Virus record (IMG/VR): IMGVR_UViG_3300047655_000013
Location: 1,077-65,076 of that record
From: a virus
Lineage: Duplodnaviria; Caudoviricetes
DNA: 64,000 bases
Strand: one strand, 5' to 3'
Numbering within the stretch: the first letter of the stretch is position 1; each line of letters starts with the position of its first letter. Made by a program: the position numbers and the translations under genes. Positions 18,379-27,416 of this stretch are shown here, in pieces. Below the pieces are notes generated by a model. It did no database searches, had not been told where the DNA came from, and saw nothing but the letters and a program-made list of their open reading frames with translations.

Positions 18379-18573
18379 ATGAAAGAAAGACTGAAAATCA
18401 TGGCGGCCAGCGCTATAACGGGCCTTCTGATCATTATTTGTATTGCGCATTACACCGATCATTCAGACGATGCGAAAGCAACGATGATCGCCAAATGTGC
18501 TGCGCAGGGCGTTCTCGTAGACGATAAGTCTACCAACGTCATTTGTGAGAATAATACGGCGAACGGAAGGTGA
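18379..18573 (+). CDS. small membrane-anchored protein
   Basis: GGAGG RBS; N-terminal hydrophobic helix. Confidence 0.55.
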   Translation: MKERLKIMAASAITGLLIIICIAHYTDHSDDAKATMIAKCAAQGVLVDDKSTNVICENNTANGR

Positions 18574-18603
18574 TTGATCGCCGCCAATGGCGAGAGGAGA
18601 TGG

Positions 18604-19059
18604 ATGATGCTTGACGATGACGAACCGCCGGTCGTTCTTTTCGACCCGGACCGCGCAGTACTGATTGGGAGTGGCCACGATCTGGATGCGGTCGGCGAGA
18701 TGCCGGATATCAGCTTATCGCGCAATAGCGTCGAGCCAGATCTAGATTACCGTTTTCGGCTACTCGCAAAGATGCGCTGGTTGCGCGGCGAGGGTGTGAG
18801 CATGGCAATTCACGGCGTCGATGCCTACTTGAAGTTCGAAGAGTACCTGGACAAGCAGACCGTCTGCGACATTGAGGGATTGCCATATCTCGTTCGCCAT
18901 ATCGAGATCGAAATGCCATCAGCGCGCGGACGGATTGGCGTTATCCCGGCGAGGCCGCTCGACCACGAATGGCGCGGCCCTATGGGCACCGAAACCACCG
19001 CACCAGCCGACGAACCCAAGCCCAACCATGTCCGCGATGCGGTGCGGGCGAATCAATGA
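18604..19059 (+). CDS. hypothetical protein
   Basis: AGGAG RBS. Confidence 0.55.
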   Translation: MMLDDDEPPVVLFDPDRAVLIGSGHDLDAVGEMPDISLSRNSVEPDLDYRFRLLAKMRWLRGEGVSMAIHGVDAYLKFEEYLDKQTVCDIEGLPYLVRHIEIEMPSARGRIGVIPARPLDHEWRGPMGTETTAPADEPKPNHVRDAVRANQ

Positions 19060-19271
19060 AACTTCGCCACGTCAAACGCCGCGCGCGTCCGCCAGATTTC
19101 AGACTGACAAAGTTGGGCGATATGGTGCTCATTGAGGTGAAGAGCGCCGCCTCAGTCGCCCGGTTCTTTGGGCCGACCAAGGAAGAAGATGATCGGTCAA
19201 TGCAGTTTTTTAAGCCGCAGGAATATTTGGAATCACATTCTGCAGAAAATGATCCGAAATTGACGGAATGA
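19056..19271 (+). CDS. hypothetical protein
   Basis: ATGA overlap; 3' end overlaps the lipase gene convergently. Confidence 0.4.
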   Translation: MKLRHVKRRARPPDFRLTKLGDMVLIEVKSAASVARFFGPTKEEDDRSMQFFKPQEYLESHSAENDPKLTE

Positions 19272-19797
19272 GCGTCGTCGACTTCCCGATGTGCGTCAGC
19301 AGGCCGGGATGCACGCCACCAAGGGGAAGATCCGGCACCGGGTCGGAACCGTTCCTCCACAGGTGCAACGGTACGTGCGATAGCAGAACCCGTAGCGTCA
19401 TGTCGAAGCTCACACGAGGCGGCTCAAAGGCCCATGCGGCTAACGGCGGCTTTCCTGCCAAAGTGAGAGCCGCAGCAGCCAGCAAACAGATGGCGCCCCC
19501 GAGAGAGTGCCCGATCAACGTCACAGGCTTGTCGCCAACGGCGGCCATGACTCCAGCCGACATATCCGTCCACGCGCAGTAGAAGCCGCGGTGCACGGCG
19601 CCCATCCCCGACACCAACGCTGGCACGGAATCGAGATTGTGCAGCCACGAATCTAGATCATCTGACCCGCGGAACGCGATGCACAGACCGTCCGCAGTCT
19701 GCCGCACGATCGCGCGCGAGGCGCTATCCGCGATCCCGATGTCGGGCTTCGCGTCATAGGCCTCTTGCGCGAACAGGGCGTAATCCCTGGCGTTCAT
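19210..19797 (-). CDS. class 3 lipase (alpha/beta hydrolase)
   Basis: IAFRGS, VHRGF, IGHSLGGA, PPRV, DPVPDLP, C-terminal DH. Confidence 0.9.
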   Translation of the reverse strand: MNARDYALFAQEAYDAKPDIGIADSASRAIVRQTADGLCIAFRGSDDLDSWLHNLDSVPALVSGMGAVHRGFYCAWTDMSAGVMAAVGDKPVTLIGHSLGGAICLLAAAALTLAGKPPLAAWAFEPPRVSFDMTLRVLLSHVPLHLWRNGSDPVPDLPLGGVHPGLLTHIGKSTTLIPSISDHFLQNVIPNIPAA

Positions 19798-20258
19798 CAA
19801 GCGCTCGCAGCAACCGGCGCGCTCGCGGGCGACGTCGGAACGACCGCCGGCGCATTCTGGTTGTAGACAACGAGCGCCGTCGACAGAGCGACGTTCAGAG
19901 CCGTCAGCGCGCCGATAATCGCGGGTTTCTGCGCTGCCGGAATCACGGTACTTGCGTTCACTGCAACGATGGCCGCGGGAATGCTAGTGCTGACCAGTGC
20001 GCTGATCGAAGTCACGTTGATCGTCGAGCTTGCCGTGCAGGCCAGATTCACGCCAGTGACAACCGCATTCGCAGTCGGATCGGTCGCAATGAAAATCTGC
20101 ACGCTGGGTTCGGTTGCCTGAAAGACCGTACACGCGCCGACGACATCCGTTTGCAGCTTGGCCAAGACTTGCTGCGCGTTTTGTTGCTGAGCGGTCGAAC
20201 ATGCGCCGAGTGCGAACGCGACTACGCCTGCCGCAAAAGCGGCGAGAATCTTTTTCAT
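19797..20258 (-). CDS. lipoprotein, possibly spanin-like
   Basis: MKK + hydrophobic + LGAC lipobox; C-terminal hydrophobic segment. Confidence 0.75.
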   Translation of the reverse strand: MKKILAAFAAGVVAFALGACSTAQQQNAQQVLAKLQTDVVGACTVFQATEPSVQIFIATDPTANAVVTGVNLACTASSTINVTSISALVSTSIPAAIVAVNASTVIPAAQKPAIIGALTALNVALSTALVVYNQNAPAVVPTSPASAPVAASA

Positions 20259-20296
20259 GGGGATTTCCTTCAGAGGTGCCGCGAGCGCGGCGGGAT

Positions 20297-20509
20297 TTAC
20301 TGCGCGGGGGCGGCGGGTTGTTTGGCGGCAGAGCGCGATGCAAGCCAGTTATAACCAGCATGCAGAACCAGAACGATGCCGCCAGCGATAAGGGCGGACA
20401 GGTTGCTAGGTGCTGTGCCGTGAAAGCCTTCCAGTGCCCAATTGACGGTCGGTACGAGATCGGCCGCGCCGATGGTCAGGCCGCTGGTGATGAGAGGATT
20501 GCTGTTCAT
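20297..20509 (-). CDS. small membrane protein, holin-like
   Basis: 70 aa, hydrophobic segments, lysis region. Confidence 0.55.
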   Translation of the reverse strand: MNSNPLITSGLTIGAADLVPTVNWALEGFHGTAPSNLSALIAGGIVLVLHAGYNWLASRSAAKQPAAPAQ

Positions 20510-21018
20510 TACAGATGCTCCGGGTCGTGGTGAATGACTTCAGTGGGGGAGAATTTCCAGCCCTCGACCGCATACTTGGTGAAGAGCCAGACCGGGAAAG
20601 GCAAGCGATGCAATCCCTCGTCTTTCCCGATGTGCTGCCCAGCACCGAGCAACATGCCGTTGACAGTCATGTCGTCGACGAAACGGTACGGGTCAAATGG
20701 CTGGGCGGACAGGAACGAATCCCAGTCGAATGCCTGCGCGTACGGCCCCCACTTCCCAGCCTTGCAATCGTCCGCAAAGCGCGGCCAGTCCCATGCCGTC
20801 GCGAAACAGCGTTCTACGGGATGGTGATGGGCTTGCAACGGCGCGCCGAGCTCTTCGGCGGTCATGTTGGTGATGAAGCAGCGGCCACCTTCACGTTCGA
20901 TCAGGAGTTTCTTCGTGCGAGTGAACAAGGAGGTCGTCTCGCGCTCGTCGTGTCCGGGCACGAAGTAATCAGCGCTCAGCGTGTCCTTCAGTTCATGCAC
21001 TTCGGTAACGTCGGTCAT
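20509..21018 (-). CDS. hypothetical protein, possibly degenerate HNH-like fold
   Basis: RCFI...LQAHH...LL...H...GLH pattern. Confidence 0.6.
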   Translation of the reverse strand: MTDVTEVHELKDTLSADYFVPGHDERETTSLFTRTKKLLIEREGGRCFITNMTAEELGAPLQAHHHPVERCFATAWDWPRFADDCKAGKWGPYAQAFDWDSFLSAQPFDPYRFVDDMTVNGMLLGAGQHIGKDEGLHRLPFPVWLFTKYAVEGWKFSPTEVIHHDPEHL

Positions 21019-21031
21019 TTCGTATGGGCGC

Positions 21032-21055
21032 AAAAAAGCCGCCCGCAGGCGGCTT
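21032..21055 (-). terminator. intrinsic terminator
   Basis: AAGCCGCC stem followed by T-run on - strand. Confidence 0.7.
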
Positions 21056-21074
21056 GAGGTGAGAGGATTCGGGA

Positions 21075-21368
21075 TTAGTCTTCGATGTTCGGCAAATCGA
21101 TCGTCTGATTGGCGAGCGCATGAGTGCAGTCACCGAGAAACTGGATACGGCCATCGGTAACGAAGCTGTGGCAGATACGCGGCTTGCCATGCATCTCCCA
21201 CGAAACCAGAACGGAAGGTTGAAAGGTCGGCGCTTCTAGCGATCGGTTCCATGCCCAGTTGGGCCGCGATTTTCCGTCGACGCGGACCGCATGCAGGAAC
21301 CCGCAACCAGGGCAGTCGAATAGAACGGACTGCTCGCCGTTGCCTAAGTCTTGGAGTTGCGCCTTCAT
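21075..21368 (-). CDS. DUF6527-like Cys/His protein
   Basis: CPGC..H...W.WN.S...PT..PS...CHSFVTDGRIQFLGDCTH. Confidence 0.8.
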   Translation of the reverse strand: MKAQLQDLGNGEQSVLFDCPGCGFLHAVRVDGKSRPNWAWNRSLEAPTFQPSVLVSWEMHGKPRICHSFVTDGRIQFLGDCTHALANQTIDLPNIED

Positions 21369-22000
21369 GCGAGGCTCATTGCTTTTTTCGCTGAGGTGTA
21401 CAGCGCCAACCGCTGCGAGTAACTGCCCGGAGTTCCGGTCGCAGTTGCGCTGCCGAGGTTGACGGCCTTCGACAACCCAAGGAAATTGCCGACGTCGGCC
21501 AGCGCGTTCAGATTGCGATTGAACCAGTACCAGGCTGATCCCATCGCGGCGTTCGCCGGTTGCTCGAGCAATTCCGGATGATTTAACAGATCCAGTTCGA
21601 CGCCCATCGCGCACAGCGTGTAGTTGCGTCGCCCCGTAATCCCCATGCCACGCCCGCGGAATAGCCAACCGTCACCGCTCGCTTCATCGCCATTGCCGTT
21701 CCGATTTGCATAGACGCGATTCGCGATCATCGGCGGCTTGTTTGCATACTGTTGCGCCTCGGCTTCATCGAAGTATTTCGAGAACTCCGTCAGCAACCCG
21801 ACAGCGCTGTAATTCAGGTTTTCCGATACAGCCGAAAGCCGCGCGGACTCGACGCCGATCTGGGCCAGAAACGCGGCAACCCGTAGCGGCGTGTTGATCG
21901 CGAACTTGTCGCAAGCTGCCTGCAGGGGCTGCAGCCATTGCGCTGCTCGCGCTGGCGATGCACCGCAACCAGCAACGATGATGTCTGTCGTCAGATTCAC
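21365..22000 (-). CDS. endolysin, glycoside hydrolase family 19
   Basis: AAFLAQIGVES, ENLNYS, IANRVYANRNGN, DGW.FRGRG. Confidence 0.92.
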   Translation of the reverse strand: MNLTTDIIVAGCGASPARAAQWLQPLQAACDKFAINTPLRVAAFLAQIGVESARLSAVSENLNYSAVGLLTEFSKYFDEAEAQQYANKPPMIANRVYANRNGNGDEASGDGWLFRGRGMGITGRRNYTLCAMGVELDLLNHPELLEQPANAAMGSAWYWFNRNLNALADVGNFLGLSKAVNLGSATATGTPGSYSQRLALYTSAKKAMSLA

Positions 22001-22374
22001 GCTATGTCCTTGTAGACCTTGTAAAGCGAGATCACCCAGTGCGTCCAGTCAGGGAGGCTTTTGAAGAACAGCCAGTGCAGCGCGGCATAGACGAGCACCA
22101 GCGCGATAAACCGCTTCGAGAAGATCTGCTTGACTACCCATTCCCACGCGCGCGCGAGGCGGCAGAAAAACCGCGTGGCATTCACCCCGCCATCCCACAT
22201 ATCAACGATGGCCGCCGTGCTCTTGCCTTGTGCATCGATTTTTGCGCCCAGATCGGCATACATCGCGTCCTGGCGTTTCAGGTGTTCTGTAATCCCGGAA
22301 AGTGCAGTGGAGACTTCCGAAAATTTTTCTTCACCTCTTTTCAAACGCTCGTTGATGGCGTCGATCTCGCTCAT
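21997..22374 (-). CDS. putative holin/membrane protein
   Basis: Coiled N-terminus plus one TM helix; coupled to endolysin. Confidence 0.55.
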   Translation of the reverse strand: MSEIDAINERLKRGEEKFSEVSTALSGITEHLKRQDAMYADLGAKIDAQGKSTAAIVDMWDGGVNATRFFCRLARAWEWVVKQIFSKRFIALVLVYAALHWLFFKSLPDWTHWVISLYKVYKDIA

Positions 22375-22389
22375 TCGGGCCCCGAAAGT

Positions 22390-22412
22390 AAAAAGCCGCC
22401 CAGAAGGCGGCT
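22390..22412 (-). terminator. intrinsic terminator
   Basis: AGCCGCC stem followed by T-run on - strand. Confidence 0.6.
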
Positions 22413-22669
22413 GTTGGTCGAATCTTTATTGGCTATACGGTTTTCCGTGTGGAAGGCTTGCGATGAGCAATAACCTTCTTCGTGTTGAAACGCGGCTCGC
22501 ATACGTCGCATACCAGGGCGCGCTTCGCACGCTGGCCACGAGTCACTGGCGGCAACGCGAGGCTGCAGTCTTGGCTCCCCTTATTGCGCAGATCGCAAAT
22601 CACTGATTTCTGTCAAATTCCCGGATTACGGTAATATCCGGGGACTTTCTGTAAGGCTTGGGGGCGGCG

Positions 22670-23752
22670 ATGAATAAAAACAATCTGAGGCTGGAAGGCC
22701 TATCCAGCCTGCGAGGCGTCGCGGCAATATCCGTGTTGCTGTTCCACGTCCGCGGCTACATGTGGATCGTCGGCAATAACCATACGTCAGCCTTCGAGAT
22801 ATTTACAGGCGTCTTCAGCCTCGGCGCGACGCTGTTTTTCGCCATCTCCGGCTTCCTGATGGCGCACCTGATCGAGACCGGCTACCGGAATTTCCTCGTG
22901 CGGCGTTTCGCGCGGATCTATCCGACTTTCTTTCTCGCAGTCGGACTATCGATCTTCGCCAAGGTGCTGTTCCTGGGGACGGTCACGCAACCCGATCTCA
23001 TCCGCTCGATATCCCTACTGCCTTTCGGCGTGATTCCCTATCCGCTGGATATCGAATGGACGCTGGTCTACGAAGTGTTTTTCTACATCGTCTGCGCGGC
23101 CTTCACGATCGGCAATGCAAAGCGCATATTCCCGTATTTCCTCACCTTGTGGCTTGCGGGCGTCATCGTGGCGAGACACGGATTCCACCTGGAGAGCGCG
23201 ATCACGCCGACGATTGAGACGATCCCGCTTCAGATCTTCAACATGTTCTTCATCGTCGGGGCGCTGACCTACTATGCCAACCGGCGCCTGAATGTGCCAT
23301 CGATCTTTGCGCGCGCGATCCTGGCCGCATGCGCCGCGCTCATCATCGCATGGCCGTTCCTCGAGCGCATTCCCATGTTCGCGGTCCATGAGCTTTACGT
23401 ATTCGCCGCGTGCTGCGTCGGCATCCTGTTATCGGCGAAGGAACTCAGCGGGGCATCTATCCTGACGCGCGCGCTAGCGAAGGCCGGCGATTATTCCTAT
23501 GGGATCTACCTGATTCATGCCAGCGTGCTCTACATTGTTTTAACGCTTGCATTGCAGCACTTCGGAAATTTGCCCTCAGCCTTCGCCTTTGCCGGATTCG
23601 CGCTAGCTTTGCTGGCAGGGATTGGCATGGGGATGCTTGATGTGCGAATCCATACCGGAATTTCTGCATGGATTCGCGCTCGATCAGTAGAGCGGGTACC
23701 AGTTAGTAGCTACGCCCCGGCAAATGTAGGCGTGGCCAACTCCGATGGCTAA
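22670..23752 (+). CDS. acyltransferase-3 family membrane protein (surface polysaccharide O-acylation)
   Basis: LRGVAA..V...H, FFAISGF, RRFARIYP, WTL.YE..FY, SYGIYLIH; many TM helices; opposite strand to late operon. Confidence 0.9.
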   Translation: MNKNNLRLEGLSSLRGVAAISVLLFHVRGYMWIVGNNHTSAFEIFTGVFSLGATLFFAISGFLMAHLIETGYRNFLVRRFARIYPTFFLAVGLSIFAKVLFLGTVTQPDLIRSISLLPFGVIPYPLDIEWTLVYEVFFYIVCAAFTIGNAKRIFPYFLTLWLAGVIVARHGFHLESAITPTIETIPLQIFNMFFIVGALTYYANRRLNVPSIFARAILAACAALIIAWPFLERIPMFAVHELYVFAACCVGILLSAKELSGASILTRALAKAGDYSYGIYLIHASVLYIVLTLALQHFGNLPSAFAFAGFALALLAGIGMGMLDVRIHTGISAWIRARSVERVPVSSYAPANVGVANSDG

Positions 23753-25420
23753 CGACGTATTTGGTGCCGTCACAGTGCTGCTCGTAGCATTGAGCGTAAG
23801 TGACGTAATAGTCTGGAAGCTGACGAATCGAACAAGTGAGCCATCATATCCGGCGCTGCATTGAGGCATCGTAATTGTCAGCGCGGCGAGAGTGCCGGCC
23901 GGAGCAATCAATAGAGTCTCAGTCCCCGCTGACATCGTCAGAGTTTGACCCGTTGTCGGCTGCTGGAAGCTATAACTCGTATCGCGCTCTTGCTGCGAAT
24001 GCAGAACGGCGGTGAATGCGCCTGCATTTGGTGCCGTACACCCTATGCAGGGCGGCGATGCCAAATAGCTGGAAAAGCCCGTACCACTTACCGTCCCACT
24101 CGCTGCGAGTGTGGTGAACGAACCCGTACTACCGCTGATGGGCGTGCCGGTGATGCCATCGGACATCGTGACAGCGCCGGTCGAGTTCGATATCTGAAGG
24201 GGAATGTCGGCGAACGTGCCACCGACAAATCTACTCACACCCCAAAGCGCACCGCTGTTGCTCTGCCCAAACATCTGCCAACGGACGGTTCCGTTCGAAT
24301 CGAAGTTGATCGCCGACTGATTGGTACCGGAGGTGTCGTTGATTGTGAATGTTGGGCTAACGTAACTCAGCCCACTAGGGCCCGTGAACGTCGCCCCCGC
24401 CAACGGCGCATACGGCGCCAGCAGAGAAGTAAAGCCCGAACCGCTGACCACCCCTGTTGCTGTTAGCCCGCCGCTAATCGATGCACCTCCCGCCGATACA
24501 TTCAATCCGCCAGAAGTCCCGATGCCGCCTGGTGCAGTGATCGCGCCCAGACCCGAGATCACGAACCCGTTTGGCCCCGCAAGCAGGCTCCCGGAGATGG
24601 TCCAATGCGATAGGTCAATGCCGGTACCGATGGTGATACCGGTGGTATCGGTACAAATCACGCAACCAGTTGTATCGAGAGGAGGGCCGCCGTTCAGGCT
24701 GCTCAGATTAAGTGCCTGGTGCCACGCGCCACCGGAGTTAAAGCTCCCCACGTGAAATGCGGCATCATTGGCGAGTATCGAGCCTTGATTCGCCCCATTC
24801 TGGACGACGCTTACCCCATATCGAATCGCAGTTGAGCATCCATTGCACTGGACATTGACTTCTTCGCCCGCGATACCAAACAGATTCTGGGCGCCCGAGT
24901 TGGCCACAACCACCGGATTCATTGCAAAGAAACTGCCTCGTCCATTGGTGGTGTTCGGTGCGGTACCATTATCTCCGCTGTTCGTGATCAGCTCGGCTGC
25001 GATGGCCACATAACCGGGAAGCGGATTTGCGGGGTTCGATGGTGCCGTGAAATTGCCGATCACATCCAACAGTTGACGGCCACCAGTCAGTGACGAGCCG
25101 CCGTAATTGGCGGCAAACTGCCATTCATCCAACACCGTCCCTGATGCTGCTGCCGCGTTGTCGCTCGACACATAGAACAAATTCGCGCACGGGTACATGA
25201 TTAGCGTCGTGGTCGTGCAATTCGCGGACGTCGTGCCCGTCACGGCCTGGCTGACGTTGATGTCCTTGACCAGCGATGCGGGTGTAGGGCCGATTGAAAG
25301 ACCGGTATTGACCTGCAGGTTAGATGTCGTCGTCGTTGCGAACGTAGGCGACGGAAAGGTCTGCGCAAAGGCCGACAACGAGAGCAGCCCCGCGGCGATT
25401 GCAGCGAATAGTTTTTTCAT
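23684..25420 (-). CDS. fibre/adhesin-like protein with N-terminal signal peptide
   Basis: 578 aa rich in G/S/T/N; MKKLFAAIAAGLLSLSAFA; YAPLAGATFTG fibre motif. Confidence 0.7.
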   Translation of the reverse strand: MKKLFAAIAAGLLSLSAFAQTFPSPTFATTTTSNLQVNTGLSIGPTPASLVKDINVSQAVTGTTSANCTTTTLIMYPCANLFYVSSDNAAAASGTVLDEWQFAANYGGSSLTGGRQLLDVIGNFTAPSNPANPLPGYVAIAAELITNSGDNGTAPNTTNGRGSFFAMNPVVVANSGAQNLFGIAGEEVNVQCNGCSTAIRYGVSVVQNGANQGSILANDAAFHVGSFNSGGAWHQALNLSSLNGGPPLDTTGCVICTDTTGITIGTGIDLSHWTISGSLLAGPNGFVISGLGAITAPGGIGTSGGLNVSAGGASISGGLTATGVVSGSGFTSLLAPYAPLAGATFTGPSGLSYVSPTFTINDTSGTNQSAINFDSNGTVRWQMFGQSNSGALWGVSRFVGGTFADIPLQISNSTGAVTMSDGITGTPISGSTGSFTTLAASGTVSGTGFSSYLASPPCIGCTAPNAGAFTAVLHSQQERDTSYSFQQPTTGQTLTMSAGTETLLIAPAGTLAALTITMPQCSAGYDGSLVRFVSFQTITSLTLNATSSTVTAPNTSLAIGVGHAYICRGVATNWYPLY

Positions 25421-25434
25421 TTGTTTAGCGCAAT

Positions 25435-25456
25435 AAAAAACCGCCCTGAGGCGGCT
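25435..25456 (-). terminator. intrinsic terminator
   Basis: CCGCC stem followed by T6 on - strand. Confidence 0.65.
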
Positions 25457-25477
25457 ATTGATGAACTTTGCTTTCGG

Positions 25478-25699
25478 TCAAGACAGGGAAATAACCCCGT
25501 TGTCGCTCCAGACGACACCCGCTGTAGTGGGGGGTGAAGTTGGCAAACCTGCTGCCCATGCTGTCGATGATCCGCTCAGGAGAGGCGCCAAATCCGAAAG
25601 CGGCATCGTGCATGTCACAATCTGGCCACCTTGAACTTGCTGGACCGTCACGGTCTCAGCGCCAGTCAGGGGTTGGAGTGCGCCGTAAATCTGAGCCAT
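25478..25699 (-). CDS. small tail-associated protein
   Basis: LPTSPP..GVVW.DNGVI motif also at the end of the baseplate wedge gene. Confidence 0.6.
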   Translation of the reverse strand: MAQIYGALQPLTGAETVTVQQVQGGQIVTCTMPLSDLAPLLSGSSTAWAAGLPTSPPTTAGVVWSDNGVISLS

Positions 25700-26512
25700 T
25701 TATCGATATTCCGCAAAGGTTGCCGACCCCGAAACTGAGCCGCTTGTGACAAATTCATAATTGGCGCCGGGCGGAACAGGAGCCCATACGCACAAAGCAA
25801 CACCGCCTGTCGTTGCTGTCGAGTTGGTGAATTCGAAGCCATTAACGAAAATGCCTATCGATCCAGCCCCTGTCGATGAGGTCGCAGCCGTCACAAAAAT
25901 CAGCGCATTCGTGCCGTTTGAATATATGGTGTTGTAATTGCGCGAAACTGCCTGAAGTGTCTGTCCAATACCAAAAACATTCCCGCCGCTTGCTCCGTTG
26001 ATGAAAAAAGGAAGCGCGGAATTACCCGCCTCAACTTGGTTGGCGGCGTTACAGAAAAGCGCAGAAAACGGTCCGGATGTCGAAGTGAGAGAATAGGCAA
26101 CGTTATTCGGGACTGAAAAACCAGAGTCGGCGGTGACAGTCCCGTCCACAGTCACTGATGCAGAAAACGCGTTGTTGGCGCTCCACGTATTGTTCGCTCC
26201 CAGTTGCCCGAACCCCGCCTGTTGTCCTGCGGTCGGCGGGCTGTATGCAAAGTCGCCGGTCAGCCACGTAAGCGCTGCCGTACCCTCCTGAGCACGCAAA
26301 ACCGTAAGAGTCGCTCCAGATACGGCGGTGGCGTACATGACCTCGAAATTCTGGCGCGTCGCCTGATCATTTAAAGTGATGACCAGTACTTGGCCGGCCG
26401 GGATGGAGGTCGGAAGGTGCGTCGCACTAGACAGCGTGATAGTCGTTGCTGAGGACGAAATCGCCCCCGCCAACGTCGTATCAACGTTGTTGGCGAACAT
26501 GAAGATTGTCAT
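25700..26512 (-). CDS. tail fibre protein
   Basis: FANN..TTLAGAI...LTVLRAQEGT N-terminal domain; follows baseplate genes. Confidence 0.75.
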   Translation of the reverse strand: MTIFMFANNVDTTLAGAISSSATTITLSSATHLPTSIPAGQVLVITLNDQATRQNFEVMYATAVSGATLTVLRAQEGTAALTWLTGDFAYSPPTAGQQAGFGQLGANNTWSANNAFSASVTVDGTVTADSGFSVPNNVAYSLTSTSGPFSALFCNAANQVEAGNSALPFFINGASGGNVFGIGQTLQAVSRNYNTIYSNGTNALIFVTAATSSTGAGSIGIFVNGFEFTNSTATTGGVALCVWAPVPPGANYEFVTSGSVSGSATFAEYR

Positions 26513-26518
26513 AGGGTC

Positions 26519-27415
26519 TCAGGCGATCGAGATGGCGCCGCCGTTATTCCAAAGTTGACCTGAACCAACTCCAGGATTGGAAAGGGGAAGATTTCCCCCT
26601 CCCAGCACAAGAAGTTGAGCCGCCGAGATGTTGATGAAATAAACGGGAGGTGCCGCCGGGTTGGGCGTTATGCCGGGAACCACCGCTGCGACGCCGCCGT
26701 CATTCCAGATAGAGCCGGCTGGCAGTGAAACAGGGTTGGTTGGCCATCCCGCCGCACTCGCGACCTGCAGGAGTCCGCCGTTGCTGGACAGGTAGTTAGC
26801 AACCACCACCTGATACTGGAACGGGAAAGACAGCGCGCCATTGGCCAACAATTGCTGAAGCGCGACGAACATGGCGCTGGAAGTGGCCTGAATCGTGAAA
26901 ACGTTCCCCGACACGCTTATTGAGGGCGGGTTATTTAAAACTGGATAGTCAGTCCCATTTGCGCCATTCAGGAACCTGTTCACTCGATTTTTCAGCCATC
27001 CAATCGTGAACATCTGACCATCGCCCCGATACAGATTCCACGTCATCACGCGCTTGTAAATGTCGTCCGTGGCAATCGTCGCATTGCCAGATGTGCTGTA
27101 GCGGTCCCCGTTGTATGCGAGTTCGTTGTAAGCGATCGCGTTGTAACTTGCTTTGCGATTGATTGCCAAAGTGGAGAGGACTGGTCTGCTGATCCCATAG
27201 ACGCCCTGGCCTATCCAGTCGAGCAGTGGGCCCGTCACATAGGGCGATATATACACCCCAAGCGGGGTCTGATTGAACCAAGCCAAGTACCCCTGTGCGA
27301 GACTGTTGTAACTGTCGATAAACGCCTGAAGGCTTGGGTCATCTGCATATTCCTGGTATAGATAGGCCGGGATGATCTGCTGGAGGGACTGCGCAGAGAA
27401 AGTTTCGAGTTGCAT
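26519..27415 (-). CDS. baseplate wedge protein
   Basis: LLDWIG..VYG..RP, DDIYKR; downstream of J-like gene. Confidence 0.75.
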   Translation of the reverse strand: MQLETFSAQSLQQIIPAYLYQEYADDPSLQAFIDSYNSLAQGYLAWFNQTPLGVYISPYVTGPLLDWIGQGVYGISRPVLSTLAINRKASYNAIAYNELAYNGDRYSTSGNATIATDDIYKRVMTWNLYRGDGQMFTIGWLKNRVNRFLNGANGTDYPVLNNPPSISVSGNVFTIQATSSAMFVALQQLLANGALSFPFQYQVVVANYLSSNGGLLQVASAAGWPTNPVSLPAGSIWNDGGVAAVVPGITPNPAAPPVYFINISAAQLLVLGGGNLPLSNPGVGSGQLWNNGGAISIA

Positions 27416-27416
27416 A

